DNA from: a virus
IMG/VR virus record: IMGVR_UViG_3300032298_000424
Location: 5,202 to 69,201 of that record
Length of the DNA: 64,000 nucleotides
Strand: one strand, 5' to 3'
The position numbers and the translations under genes are program-made. The notes beneath the pieces were generated by a model. It was given only the letters and a program-made list of their open reading frames with translations. It was not told the DNA's origin and made no database searches. Positions 9,744 to 20,939 of this stretch are shown here, in pieces; positions within the stretch are counted from its first letter, which is position 1, and each line of letters opens with the position of its first letter.

Positions 9744-10856
9744 ATGCCGTATACCGTTTTAACTGACAGGTTAGGGACTACGACACCGCAGTATTACGTA
9801 TTAGACGAAGTAATACCTGAACATCTTCGCGCTAATGAACGCTTCATGGAATTCCTTGAAGCTTATTTAGAGTGGCAGCAATCAACAGTTTATTCTCCTG
9901 GTAGTATTATAAACAAACTAGTCGATATTAAGAATATTGATAACGTTGCCGAAGAATTTCTACCGTATATTCAACGTGCTGTTGCAGGTCCAATTCCAAC
10001 AGTTACAGGTGTTGATCGTAGAAAGCTTTATAAGCAGATTATCGACTTATATCTAGCTAAAGGTTCATTGCCTTCATACGAAGCTTTATTTAATATATTA
10101 TTCCAAGATCAGATAGAACTTTATTTCCCCAGGGTTGATATGTTACAACCTTCCTCTGGGAAATGGAATGATGCTGATGGAAGATACGCTGATAATAATG
10201 GATTTCTATCTGATAGAAAATATTTACAAGACAGTTATTATTACCAAGATTACTCATATGTAATTAAAACAAGTAAGTCCTTCCAAGATTGGAAGGATAT
10301 AGTTACTAAAGTACTTCATCCAGCTGGATTCATCTTCTTTGGTCAAATTAAAGTAGTTTCTACTGCTTTAGTTGGCCAACAAAGATTAAAGACGAAGTTG
10401 GTGCAAATTGGTAGAGTAGTTGCTGAAGAAGCTACTAGACCTATCATCTTAGATACTGTAGCTATACCAATAAGTATAGCCGAAACTTATCGCGAGTTGT
10501 TGGGTACAATTATTACTCCAGTTGTTGGAGAAGCTATTGAGGGATTAACATCTAAACCAGCAATTCCACTTGGTCCAACATTTAAACACTTTGATCAGTA
10601 CAAATTCTTGATAGAAGAATTCGCTTCGAATTATGATGATGTTGTACTTGAAGGACCATGTTTAGGACTTAAGACCAATTTTGTACCTGTACTAAATAGA
10701 AATGTTATAGATGAAACGTATGAAAACGGCACAACGATATTAATGTCTTCCTTCTTGACAGTTCAACCAGCAGATTTAGCTGGAAGTTCATATAATGAGA
10801 CAATAGATTTACTTGATCCAACTTCAGGATCTGATGTTGTAGTTGAGCTCAACTGA
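9744..10856 (+). CDS. gp7: Baseplate wedge initiator, short gp7-like
   Basis: FLEAYLEW, LYLAKGS, LQDSYYYQDYSYVIK, LHPAGF.FFG motifs. Confidence 0.78.
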   Translation: MPYTVLTDRLGTTTPQYYVLDEVIPEHLRANERFMEFLEAYLEWQQSTVYSPGSIINKLVDIKNIDNVAEEFLPYIQRAVAGPIPTVTGVDRRKLYKQIIDLYLAKGSLPSYEALFNILFQDQIELYFPRVDMLQPSSGKWNDADGRYADNNGFLSDRKYLQDSYYYQDYSYVIKTSKSFQDWKDIVTKVLHPAGFIFFGQIKVVSTALVGQQRLKTKLVQIGRVVAEEATRPIILDTVAIPISIAETYRELLGTIITPVVGEAIEGLTSKPAIPLGPTFKHFDQYKFLIEEFASNYDDVVLEGPCLGLKTNFVPVLNRNVIDETYENGTTILMSSFLTVQPADLAGSSYNETIDLLDPTSGSDVVVELN

Positions 10857-10864
10857 TATAAATA
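10857..10864 (+). promoter_or_regulatory. T4-type late promoter TATAAATA upstream of gp8
   Basis: Exact TATAAATA in the intergenic region. Confidence 0.8.
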
Positions 10865-10894
10865 GACCATATATTCCTAAGGATTTTAAAAACC

Positions 10895-12361
10895 ATGTCT
10901 GCTATTATTACTACTAAATTTCGTTATCAAAACGCTAATACCTTGGTTCAAGGTTTAGCTGGAGAACTTGATGATGTTTATTATCTTGGTATAGGTCGAG
11001 CATTTGCTTGGTCTTCTGATTCTTCTCCTCCAACCCCAACTGATGTTCAATCAACTGAGTTTGATGCTCAGAGAAACTTATTAGCGCTTAAAAAGATAGC
11101 GCTTACAAACGTATCTCGTGCAATCCCTCGCTATAATTGGATTTCTGGTTCAACATACTCAGAATACGATGACCAAGATAGTGCTTTAAGTACAAAACAA
11201 TATTATGTGGTAACTGATGAGTTGAACGTCTATAAGTGCATCAAAGCTGGTACTTCAGGTTCATCTATCAAACCCGCTGGTACACCTACTTCTATTGGAT
11301 CTGTATTAGCAGACGGTTATCAATGGAAATATATGTACACATTATCAGGCGCAGACGTTGCTAAGTTTAATACATCTTCCTTTATTGCTGTGAAAAAATT
11401 AGAGTCAGATGATGATTCAGTTCAATGGGATGTTCAAGAAGCTGCACTTCCTGGTGCCATTCAAAGAATTAAAATAACGAACGGCGGTGTTGGTTACACA
11501 TCTAAACCTACTGTGACAATTACTGGTGATGGTATTGGTGCTTCTGTTATTGCAGCAGACGTTACACTTACTGGTGGCGTTGTTACAGAAATCTTGATGA
11601 ATACAGCAAGAGTTGGTAGCGGATATACAATAGCAAATGTAAGTTTTAGCGGTGGAACTCCTGTTACTCCAGCAACAGCAAGAGCAATCATCTCTCCAAA
11701 AGGAGGTCATGGTTCAAATCCTATTGAAGAACTAGGTGGCTTCTATGTTATTATCGACGTTAACCTAGTTGCAGATGAAGGTTCTGGAGATTTCTTAGTT
11801 GATAATGATTATAGACAAATTATGTTAGTAGCAAATCCACACCAAGTTGATGCAACAGCTGTACGTTTACTTGGTAAATGGACAGCAACTACAGCGTATA
11901 TTGTTGGAGATGTCGTTTATTATGATAATTATGCATACGTATGTGATACTCCTCATACTTCAGTTTCAACATTTGAGCCAGATATTGCTAAATGGACAGG
12001 ACCAAGTGTAGCTTCTGCAGCAACATTAAATAGTCTTACTACAATTACATACACTGGATTATCTGGTACTCTTGCAGCAGATCAACAAGTTATAGGTCAA
12101 ACAAGCGGTGCAATCGGTTATGTAGATAGCGTAGATACCGAAGATACTATAATAAAATTCCATCAAAATTCTACTACTGGATTTGGTAGTTTCCAAGAAG
12201 GTGAATCTATTACTATAGGCGGCGCTACAGCAACTATCGATTCAATAAGTGCACCAGAATATGTGCCAATGTCCGGCAAATTAGTATATCTTGAAAATTT
12301 ATCGCCTGTAAATAGAAACATAAATCAAACAGAAGATATCAAGTTAGTATTAGAACTATAA
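10895..12361 (+). CDS. gp8: Baseplate wedge subunit
   Basis: IITTKFR..NA, YLGIGR..W, PRYNW, VYKCI, DGYQWKYMY, GGHG.NP..ELG, SG.LVYLEN, QTEDIKLVLE motifs. Confidence 0.9.
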   Translation: MSAIITTKFRYQNANTLVQGLAGELDDVYYLGIGRAFAWSSDSSPPTPTDVQSTEFDAQRNLLALKKIALTNVSRAIPRYNWISGSTYSEYDDQDSALSTKQYYVVTDELNVYKCIKAGTSGSSIKPAGTPTSIGSVLADGYQWKYMYTLSGADVAKFNTSSFIAVKKLESDDDSVQWDVQEAALPGAIQRIKITNGGVGYTSKPTVTITGDGIGASVIAADVTLTGGVVTEILMNTARVGSGYTIANVSFSGGTPVTPATARAIISPKGGHGSNPIEELGGFYVIIDVNLVADEGSGDFLVDNDYRQIMLVANPHQVDATAVRLLGKWTATTAYIVGDVVYYDNYAYVCDTPHTSVSTFEPDIAKWTGPSVASAATLNSLTTITYTGLSGTLAADQQVIGQTSGAIGYVDSVDTEDTIIKFHQNSTTGFGSFQEGESITIGGATATIDSISAPEYVPMSGKLVYLENLSPVNRNINQTEDIKLVLEL

Positions 12362-12383
12362 TTCAATTTAAGGCTTTTAAAAT

Positions 12384-15300
12384 ATGTCATTAAAGATCTT
12401 TTCTCAAGCACCATATTATGATGATTATGATGAGGCAAAAAGATACCTTCGCGTATTATTTAGACCTGCTGTTTCTTTACAAGTAAGAGAGTTAAATCAA
12501 CTTCAAACATACTTACAAACTCAAGTAGAGCGTGTAGGTTTGCACTTGTTCAAAGAAGGTGCGATGGTCATTCCTGGTCAATCTTCTGTCGATACAAACA
12601 TAACTTACATAAAGATTGAGAATGAGACTAATGGCGTAGACATCAATGATATTGCAAATGAATTAATTGGTTCTACCATAACAGGTCAAACTTCTGGAGT
12701 CACTGCTAAAGTTACTACTGTAACTCTTGAAGAACCAAATGAAGATAATCCATTACTAACAGATGCTATAACATTATTTGTTAGATACACCTCTTCAGGC
12801 GATGACAATGAAACTAAAACATTCGTCGCTGGAGAATTATTGGTTGCAGATGCAACTACTACTACATCATTAGTAGAGAGAACAGTACAAATCAAATCTG
12901 GTACTGGTGTTCTTGGTAAAGGTACTATTGCAGCTATTCAAAAAGGTATCTACTTCGTAAAAGGTCAATTTACTCTTGTTACAGATCAAACTCTAGTAAT
13001 TTCTAAGTATAGCAATACACCAAGCTATAGAATTGGTTTAGATGTCGATGAAAACATCGTTGATTCTAATGATGATAGTACTTTAGCAGATAATGCCAAC
13101 GGAGTTCCAAATCAAAATGCTCCTGGTGCGCATCGTTATCAAATTATCTTAACATTAACTAAACTAGCTCCTGATTCAGTGCTCGATGATACATTCATTG
13201 AACTTATTAGAATCACTGATGGTATATTACAGTCTAGAGTTACAGAGACTGATTACTCAATCTTAGCAAAGACTTTAGCTAGACGTACATTCGACGAATC
13301 TGGTCATTATACAGTTTCTCCATTTAAAGTTGCAGTTCGTGAACATCGTAACAATGATAGAGGTGCGTGGAGTGGACCTGGTACAACTTATCAACTTGGT
13401 GATATCGTCACATCAGGTGGCAATTACTTTGTAGCTCTTAAGAGCGGTTTATCTGGAGCTGTTGAGCCATCAACGTTGTTTGATGCGACTGATCCGTATC
13501 AAAATTTAAATGATGGTATTATTGATTGGAACTACACGACCAATCCTTCATTCAATAGAGGTTACTTAACTCCAGAAAAAGGTGGTGATGAAGCTGCTGT
13601 AGCGGTTGCTATTGAACCTGGAAAAGCATATGTTCAAGGTTATGAGATTGAAAAAATTGCAACTGAATATGTAAAAGTATCTAAAGCAAGAACATTTGAT
13701 CGTATATCAAATGACGCTATACCCGTATCATATGGTAATTACATTTACGTTTCAAACGTTTTAGGATTGCCAGATTGTTCAACATTCCCTCAAGTTGATT
13801 TATATAATCGACTAACTCCAGCTTCTACTCCTCAAGCAGCTGGTTCTGGCACTAAAGTTGGTACAGCTAGACTTCGTGGATGGGAATTCCATTCAGGTAC
13901 GCCTGGAACATCAACTGGTGTTTATAAAGCATACATCTTCGATGTTAAGATGGAAAGCGGATACACGTTTGATCGTGATGTAAAACAAATATTCTATGAT
14001 AGCGGTACAACTAAGACCAATATTGCAGCCGATGTTTATGGTAAGTACACTACACTTTCTGGTTTTATAACTGCTTCAGCTACTACAATCACAGGTTCTT
14101 CTGGAACTGCATTCACTACGCAACTCAAAGTTGGTGATTACATTAGAACAATTAATTCGACTGCAGCATATGAATTCCGTAGAGTTACTGCAATTACAGA
14201 CAGCGATACACTTACCATAGATTCAGCATTTAGCGGTACTGTATCTGGTGCGGTTTATTCACGAGTCGGCACTGAGATCAATGAGCCCGGTGGTTTACCA
14301 TTATTATTCCCACTTGCATATTCATTTATTAGAAATACACGTGGTGGTACTGGAGATAATGAACAAGCAACCACATACACTACAACACAACGCTTTGATG
14401 CATCAACTGGTGCATCACAGACGTCATTAACATTCTCAGTAGGTTCAGCAACTAGTCCAACTACTAGCGGTTCAGAATTCAACCCTGCTGCAACTTCTAC
14501 TGATTACATCTTAGTTAATAGGACAGATGGTACTATTGAATCACCAAGCGGTATAACGCTTCAAAATAATGGTGTAGATGTATTAATTAGTGGATTAACA
14601 GCTAGTAAAGCATATAGCTTATTAGCTCCTGTTCGTAAAGCTGGTTCTCCAGCACAAGAAAAGAAAAAAACATTAGTTGATAATGCAACTGCAGATTTTA
14701 CAACACTAGCATCTGTAACACCATTGACTTTATCACTAGCTAAAGCTGACGGTTATAGAATAGTAACTATTCGAATGGCTGAAGATTTTACAGCTGCGTC
14801 ATCTGATCCAGCTACTACTACTGATATTACATCTTGGTTTACTTTTGATAATGGTCAGCGCGATACACATTACGATGTTGCTACTATCACACGTAGAGAT
14901 GGTTATCCAGTTCCAAGCGGAGCTGTTCGTGTCATATTTGATTATTTCGATCATAGTATTGGTACAGCTGGTGACTACTTTACAGTTAACTCATATAGCG
15001 GCGAAGTTCCATACAACAAGATCCCATACTATATCTCTTCAACTGGTGTAGTAGCTTTATCAGATGTTATGGACTTCCGTCCTCGTATTGGAGATGCTGG
15101 CGCATTATTCTCTGGTACAGGTGCTTCACAAACTGAAATTCCTAAAATTGGTTTCGAAACTTCTGCAAGTTATTCATATTACTTGCCGCGTTCAGACAAA
15201 TTAGCATTAAATATAGATGGCACATTCTTCTCAGTTGATGGAGTTGCAAGCTTATCTCCTGAAGAACCAAAAGATCCAAACTTAGGCATGTTAATTGCTA

Positions 15301-18300
15301 AGTTACATATATCAGCTTACACATTATTCCCATCTCAAGGTTCTATCCAAATAGAAACCATCGATACTAAACGATATACGATGCGTGATATTGGTAAACT
15401 TGACAAGCGCATTGAAAACTTAGAATACTACACAGCATTATCATTATTAGAACAAGAAACTAAGTCATTGACAATTCAAGATGAATTGGGTCTTGATCGT
15501 TTCAAGAATGGTTTCATCGTTGATAGTTTCAAAGGTTCTGACCTTGGAGATACAGCATCAATAGATTATCGTTGTTCTATCGATATGTCATTACAAGAAT
15601 TACGACCATTCTACACAATGGATAATGTCAACTTATTAGAAACTAACCAATCGGATATTGCTCGTGATGCTGATGGATATGCATTGACTGGCGATATTAT
15701 CACATTACCATATACAGAACGAGAATTAATAAAACAACAATTTGCATCTCGTACAGAGAACGTAAACCCGTTTGCCATCTTTACATTCTTAGGAAGTATG
15801 ACTTTAAACCCTCCTTCAGATGAATGGTTTGAAGTTGATCGTAGACCAGATATTGTAAACAACATTGAAGGTAACTTTACAGCTGTACAAACTGCGCTTG
15901 AATCAACTGGTGCATTAGGTACAGTTTGGGGTGCATGGGAAACCAATTGGGTTGGTCAAACAAGAAATATAGATCGTTTAGTTGTAACACGCGGATTTGA
16001 TAGCAGAGACTATGGTCTTGGAGCTGCACGTTGGTCAGATCGTCGTACATTTACTCAAGCAGAATTACAAGCTATTGGTGGTGATGCTACTAGTTTTGGT
16101 AACGATGCTGCAGGTGCTCGCGTTCTTACATTCCAAACTCAAGCTACAACAGTTGGTCAATCACGTACAGGTATTCAAACATCTGTTACTCCCAGAATAG
16201 ATTACCAAGTACTTGAAGATAGAGTATTACAGTCAGCTCTGATTCCATATATCAGATCACGTGATTTACTCTTCGTTTGTAAAGGTTTAAAACCAAATAC
16301 GAAACTATTCCCGTTCTTTGATGATACTGATATATCTTTATTCGTAACTCCAGCAACAAAAGTTAATTTATCTTTAGTAACTGAAACTACGACTCAGTTT
16401 GATACTGAAACTAACGTTGGTGGTGCTGCAGAAGAATTTGCTAGACAAGTAGATGGTAAAGCAGAAGTTTCATACAATAAAGGTGACGTAGTTTTTGTTA
16501 AACAACGTGGCGCTACAACATATAACACTCAAGCTGTTTCTCCAGGAACTGGTATAGCTGTGTTAGTTGAAAGAAGCATTCAAGAAGAAGCTGAAGCCGT
16601 TTATTTGATGAACATCAAAGGTTCTTTCCAAAACGGAGATATCTTAAAAGGTTCTATTTCTGGAACAGAATATGAAGTTAATGGAAGCGTAGTAGTAGCT
16701 ACAGAAGCTGATGATATTATAACAAACTTTAATGGTTCAGTTGCTGGTGTGTTTAAGATCCCAAATACTCAGTCAATTCGTTTCAGGACTGGTATTAGAG
16801 AATTTAAACTGTCTGATAGTAATACAGGATCTTTAGATTTTACTACGCAAGGTCGTGGTCAATATCGTGCTCAAGGTATATTAGAGACTAAACAAAAAAC
16901 TATTAATGCTGTTAGAAATGCAGAGATTGCAACTCAACAAGTTTCTGAATCTCAAACAACTGAGGTTTATTCAGACGAGCGTTTAACTCGTGATAGCGGA
17001 TGGTATGATCCACTAGCACAAACATTCTTAGTACAATCTACTGGTGGTGCATTTATCACCAGCGTTGATATATTCTTTGCAACAAAAGATGTCGGGATTC
17101 CAGTAACTCTTCAAATTCGCGAAGTTGTAAACGGATATCCTGGCCAGCGCGTATTGCCGTTCTCAAGAGTTACACTAACTCCAGATAACATTAATATTAA
17201 TCCAAATACTGGAACAACTCCTACTACATTTAGATTTGAATCTCCTGTATTCTTACAAGATTTGACAGAATATTGTATAGTGTTATTATCAGATTCAAAT
17301 AACTATAGAGTTTGGATATCGCAACTTGGTGAAAAAGCTATTGGTACAGATCGTTTTATATCTGAACAACCTTATGCTGGTGTGTTATTCAAATCACAAA
17401 ATGCTTCTACATGGACAGCAAACCAAGAACAAGATTTGAAATTCACGATTCGTTCTGCCGTATTCGATATTACACAATATCCAGTAATCCAATTTAATAA
17501 TGAACCATTGCCTCCGATCATATTAGAAACTGATCCGTTCCAAACTAAGAGCGGGACTGATAAGGTGCGTGTATTTGCTAAAAATCATGCTATGCCAAAC
17601 AACTCATCAGTCATCATCTCTAACGTGGCTGCAGGAACATATAATGGTATAGTTACAACATCATCTACCGGATTAAATGGAACATTTACTATTGTAGATA
17701 GCGAGATCGATTCATTTGTAATCGATGTTAATGCTAATGCTACTAATAGTGGCTTTGTTGGTGGAGAAAATGTGATTGCAACGGTTAACGTTGGCTATGA
17801 TGCAGTAAACTTTATTGCTCAATCTCAAGTGTTCTCAGAAACTACATTAGCGTTTGGTATGACACCTATCAATGAGTCATACAGCGCAGCTTCTTCAGAA
17901 ACTTCTTTAATACCAAATGTGACTACATATTTCGATAATAAGAATATCATAGCTTCTCAAACAAATGAAAACTTATCTGCGTTATCTGGTAACAAGTCAT
18001 TGGTTGTAACTGCAAGATTAACATCTGAAAATGAAAACTTATCTCCGGTTATCGATACTTCTAGGATGTCATTGACAACAATCTCTAACAAGATTGACAC
18101 ATACACCTATTCAACTAAAAATAACGATGACTTAGATTACAAGACAGTATTGACTACTGCTGGAAACAATGTATCATACGCTGGAAGCACCATCAGTATT
18201 GCGAATACTGGAAGCTTAAGAAGTGATGCTACTGGTATAGCAGTTGGTAAGTATATTGAAATAACTGGAACAGGATCTTCAACTAATAACACGACTGATC

Positions 18301-18785
18301 CTATATTGGTAACTGGTGTTGCTTCAGATGGTGCTACAATTACTTGCGACCACACATTTGTAACACAGTCAGCGACCACTACTACTATCACTTTATTGGA
18401 TAACTATGTTAGTGAGATCGCTCCAACAGGTGGTTCTTCTGAATCTAAATATGTTACGCGCGTAGTTAACTTAGCAAATTCTTCAACTTTCTTGAAGATT
18501 ATGTTTGGTGCTAATATTCCAGCAGTAACCGGTTCAGATATAGAAGTTTATTATAAACTATTACCTGCTGGTTCTACTACAGATATCACCAAGTTTAACT
18601 TTGTGAGAGCTACTCCTACAGCCAACTTAATTAAGACATCTAATCGCAATACATTTACTGATGTTGCATATGAATTAGAAAACTTACCAGTGTTTGATGC
18701 TGTTGTGATTAAGATTGTATTTAAGACTGGTAATTCTGCTCAAGTACCTAGAGTTAAAGATCTAAGGGTTATAGCTTGTGCTTAA
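12384..18785 (+). CDS. Large virion structural protein, VrlC/DUF4815-like
   Basis: PYYDDYD..K.Y.RVLFRP, RELNQLQ, APGAHRY, LARRTFDESGHY, RYTMRDIGKL..RI..LEYYT.LSLLE, DRFKNGFIVD, DPLAQTF, SQNASTW motifs; follows gp8 as in many aquatic T4-like phages. Confidence 0.85.
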   Translation: MSLKIFSQAPYYDDYDEAKRYLRVLFRPAVSLQVRELNQLQTYLQTQVERVGLHLFKEGAMVIPGQSSVDTNITYIKIENETNGVDINDIANELIGSTITGQTSGVTAKVTTVTLEEPNEDNPLLTDAITLFVRYTSSGDDNETKTFVAGELLVADATTTTSLVERTVQIKSGTGVLGKGTIAAIQKGIYFVKGQFTLVTDQTLVISKYSNTPSYRIGLDVDENIVDSNDDSTLADNANGVPNQNAPGAHRYQIILTLTKLAPDSVLDDTFIELIRITDGILQSRVTETDYSILAKTLARRTFDESGHYTVSPFKVAVREHRNNDRGAWSGPGTTYQLGDIVTSGGNYFVALKSGLSGAVEPSTLFDATDPYQNLNDGIIDWNYTTNPSFNRGYLTPEKGGDEAAVAVAIEPGKAYVQGYEIEKIATEYVKVSKARTFDRISNDAIPVSYGNYIYVSNVLGLPDCSTFPQVDLYNRLTPASTPQAAGSGTKVGTARLRGWEFHSGTPGTSTGVYKAYIFDVKMESGYTFDRDVKQIFYDSGTTKTNIAADVYGKYTTLSGFITASATTITGSSGTAFTTQLKVGDYIRTINSTAAYEFRRVTAITDSDTLTIDSAFSGTVSGAVYSRVGTEINEPGGLPLLFPLAYSFIRNTRGGTGDNEQATTYTTTQRFDASTGASQTSLTFSVGSATSPTTSGSEFNPAATSTDYILVNRTDGTIESPSGITLQNNGVDVLISGLTASKAYSLLAPVRKAGSPAQEKKKTLVDNATADFTTLASVTPLTLSLAKADGYRIVTIRMAEDFTAASSDPATTTDITSWFTFDNGQRDTHYDVATITRRDGYPVPSGAVRVIFDYFDHSIGTAGDYFTVNSYSGEVPYNKIPYYISSTGVVALSDVMDFRPRIGDAGALFSGTGASQTEIPKIGFETSASYSYYLPRSDKLALNIDGTFFSVDGVASLSPEEPKDPNLGMLIAKLHISAYTLFPSQGSIQIETIDTKRYTMRDIGKLDKRIENLEYYTALSLLEQETKSLTIQDELGLDRFKNGFIVDSFKGSDLGDTASIDYRCSIDMSLQELRPFYTMDNVNLLETNQSDIARDADGYALTGDIITLPYTERELIKQQFASRTENVNPFAIFTFLGSMTLNPPSDEWFEVDRRPDIVNNIEGNFTAVQTALESTGALGTVWGAWETNWVGQTRNIDRLVVTRGFDSRDYGLGAARWSDRRTFTQAELQAIGGDATSFGNDAAGARVLTFQTQATTVGQSRTGIQTSVTPRIDYQVLEDRVLQSALIPYIRSRDLLFVCKGLKPNTKLFPFFDDTDISLFVTPATKVNLSLVTETTTQFDTETNVGGAAEEFARQVDGKAEVSYNKGDVVFVKQRGATTYNTQAVSPGTGIAVLVERSIQEEAEAVYLMNIKGSFQNGDILKGSISGTEYEVNGSVVVATEADDIITNFNGSVAGVFKIPNTQSIRFRTGIREFKLSDSNTGSLDFTTQGRGQYRAQGILETKQKTINAVRNAEIATQQVSESQTTEVYSDERLTRDSGWYDPLAQTFLVQSTGGAFITSVDIFFATKDVGIPVTLQIREVVNGYPGQRVLPFSRVTLTPDNININPNTGTTPTTFRFESPVFLQDLTEYCIVLLSDSNNYRVWISQLGEKAIGTDRFISEQPYAGVLFKSQNASTWTANQEQDLKFTIRSAVFDITQYPVIQFNNEPLPPIILETDPFQTKSGTDKVRVFAKNHAMPNNSSVIISNVAAGTYNGIVTTSSTGLNGTFTIVDSEIDSFVIDVNANATNSGFVGGENVIATVNVGYDAVNFIAQSQVFSETTLAFGMTPINESYSAASSETSLIPNVTTYFDNKNIIASQTNENLSALSGNKSLVVTARLTSENENLSPVIDTSRMSLTTISNKIDTYTYSTKNNDDLDYKTVLTTAGNNVSYAGSTISIANTGSLRSDATGIAVGKYIEITGTGSSTNNTTDPILVTGVASDGATITCDHTFVTQSATTTTITLLDNYVSEIAPTGGSSESKYVTRVVNLANSSTFLKIMFGANIPAVTGSDIEVYYKLLPAGSTTDITKFNFVRATPTANLIKTSNRNTFTDVAYELENLPVFDAVVIKIVFKTGNSAQVPRVKDLRVIACA

Positions 18786-19017
18786 TGAACCTTTGATGAA
18801 AGTAGAAAACGAAATAGGGTTGTATCGCGATCCTGTTTCAAAAGTTATCATAAATAAAGATGACATTTCATATAATAAGTATTTGCAAAATAGACAAAGA
18901 CTAATTAATGCACAACAACAGGTTGAAAAGAATACCTCTGATATCAACGATATCAAAAAAGAAGTAAGTGAAATTAAAAGCATGTTAGTTACTATTCTTG
19001 CTAACATCCAAAAATAG
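18778..19017 (+). CDS. Small coiled-coil hypothetical protein
   Basis: LYRDP.SK.IIN followed by heptad pattern; overlaps VrlC-like stop. Confidence 0.65.
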   Translation: MLNEPLMKVENEIGLYRDPVSKVIINKDDISYNKYLQNRQRLINAQQQVEKNTSDINDIKKEVSEIKSMLVTILANIQK

Positions 19018-19027
19018 AGAGATATAA

Positions 19028-20125
19028 ATGGCAGCTATTAACGTAAATCTAACCGACACCTTTAACGGGTGGAGACTAAAAACTAATCAGATTGGTGACT
19101 TTGTAGGAGACACTGCTGGTTTATTAACTGATGCAACTAATGTTGTTGCAGCTATTAATGAAGTAAGATCTGCAGCTCCTCTCGATGGTGTTATCTCTAC
19201 TGATGGTAATGAATTTAAAGTAAACGTAGATTCAGCAGATACATTTGAACTTGTATTAACAGCCGCTGGTAATTTATCAGTTACCGGTGAAATGACTGCA
19301 ACAAAGTTTAATGGTCCATTAACAGGCAATGTAACAGGCAATGTAACAGGTGCTGTTACAGGCAATGCATCAACTGCCACAACATTACAAAATGCTCGCA
19401 CAATCAATGGTGCTTCTTTTAACGGCTCTGCTAATATAACATTCAATACAGATGCAACTGCAGAAGGTAGTACTAATCTTTATTTCACGAATGCGCGTGC
19501 TAGATCAGCAATAAGTATTGCCGCTACAGGCGGTAATATTACATATAACTCAACGAGTGGTGAATTTAGTTTAACTAATGCTAATGTGGTTGCAGCTCTT
19601 GGTTATACACCTTGGCATTCAGGCAATGATGGAGCAAGCTCTGGTCTTGATGCTGACTTATTAGACGGTATGAATAGCGCTACAGCTGCAACTAATTCTA
19701 CTATCGCAGCACGTGATAGTTCAGGCAATTTAACAGCAAATGTGTTTAACGGTGTTGCAACATCAGCTAGATACGCTGACTTGGCAGAAAAATATACAAC
19801 AGACAAAGAATATCCAGTTGGAACTGTCATGGTGATTTCATTAAGTGCTGATTCAGAATGTACAGCTTCTTATTCTCCAGGTCAAATCGCAGTTGGTGTA
19901 ATCTCTGAGAAGCCAGCATTCTTGATGAATAAAGATGCTGATGGTCAAGCGATTGCTCTTCGTGGTCGAGTTCCAGTTAGAGTGATTGGACCAATTACAA
20001 AAGGCCAAACTGTAATTGCTAGTGTTGATGGCAAAGCAATTTATGGTGTATTAAACCCTGTTGCAATAGCGCTTGAAACAAATCAAGAATTCAAAGAAAA
20101 ATTAGTTGAGTGCGTGATATTATAA
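19028..20125 (+). CDS. Tail fibre/spike protein with C-terminal intramolecular-chaperone (peptidase G2-like autocleavage) domain
   Basis: N-terminal TDTFNGWRLKTN, TGNVTGNVTG repeats, LDADLLDG, C-terminal YADLAEKY...GVIS..PAFLMN..GRVPVRV. Confidence 0.75.
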   Translation: MAAINVNLTDTFNGWRLKTNQIGDFVGDTAGLLTDATNVVAAINEVRSAAPLDGVISTDGNEFKVNVDSADTFELVLTAAGNLSVTGEMTATKFNGPLTGNVTGNVTGAVTGNASTATTLQNARTINGASFNGSANITFNTDATAEGSTNLYFTNARARSAISIAATGGNITYNSTSGEFSLTNANVVAALGYTPWHSGNDGASSGLDADLLDGMNSATAATNSTIAARDSSGNLTANVFNGVATSARYADLAEKYTTDKEYPVGTVMVISLSADSECTASYSPGQIAVGVISEKPAFLMNKDADGQAIALRGRVPVRVIGPITKGQTVIASVDGKAIYGVLNPVAIALETNQEFKEKLVECVIL

Positions 20126-20553
20126 TGCATGAAGAAGTATTCTTTCAATTTGTAAAAAATCACGATAACTTATCACACTTAAGTTATACTGAAAATAGAC
20201 GCGAAGGTCAACAGATCATCGGTTTAAAGGTTGCTGGTATTCCAGGCGAAGATGATGATATTTTTGTTCCATACGTTGCTGAATTATTAAAAGAAGAAGA
20301 TACTACTATCATCGATCCAAACTATGATGCTGTTTATGAAAGCTTTACAGGTATCGATCATAACTTAGATTCAGTAGAATATATCAAAACCTTGGTAGAA
20401 TCTATGACAACACGTGAAGAGATATCTGTATTTTGTGTTAACAATATAGTTAAAAAATTAATCGACTGTAATATTGATGCAAGTAAAGTTTATGTAAGAG
20501 TTAAACCCCACTGGCCAACCGACTGGTGTGATCAGGTAATCGAGGTTCAATAA
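20125..20553 (+). CDS. Hypothetical acidic protein
   Basis: ORF; ATG at 20125 overlaps the upstream TAA (track start 20110 is GTG). Confidence 0.6.
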   Translation: MHEEVFFQFVKNHDNLSHLSYTENRREGQQIIGLKVAGIPGEDDDIFVPYVAELLKEEDTTIIDPNYDAVYESFTGIDHNLDSVEYIKTLVESMTTREEISVFCVNNIVKKLIDCNIDASKVYVRVKPHWPTDWCDQVIEVQ

Positions 20554-20939
20554 TGGCAACCACAGAACGCAATCCTAAAGCAAATATATTTCCAGATAAT
20601 AGTCCTATAACTACATTAAGAAATAATATTGTAGCTGGAAACAACATTACTGCTAGCGATATCAATTCTTTGACTAACTTAATAATGGCCTGGAAGGGTC
20701 ATTATCACACGTATGATGATGCATGGCAATTAGCTACTTATGGTAACAACGGTGATCGTGGCAATTACTATGAAGATAAAAACACTGGGCCTGCCGTTCG
20801 CACAATTACTGAAGTTTTTGTTCCCCCTGCACAAGTCTCATCAGGTACTGATATATATGCAACTCACCACAATGAAATGAGATTTTTTATCTCTCTCGTT
20901 GGAAATCATGTCCATAGAATTGATGACCGCACTAGTTAA
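20553..20939 (+). CDS. Small protein with two G..I.A...N......HxH..DD repeats; homologous to the leader of the 23134 peptide
   Basis: IVAGNNITASDINSLTNLIMAWKGHYHTYDD and VSSGTDIYATHHNEMRFFISLVGNHVHRIDD. Confidence 0.7.
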   Translation: MATTERNPKANIFPDNSPITTLRNNIVAGNNITASDINSLTNLIMAWKGHYHTYDDAWQLATYGNNGDRGNYYEDKNTGPAVRTITEVFVPPAQVSSGTDIYATHHNEMRFFISLVGNHVHRIDDRTS

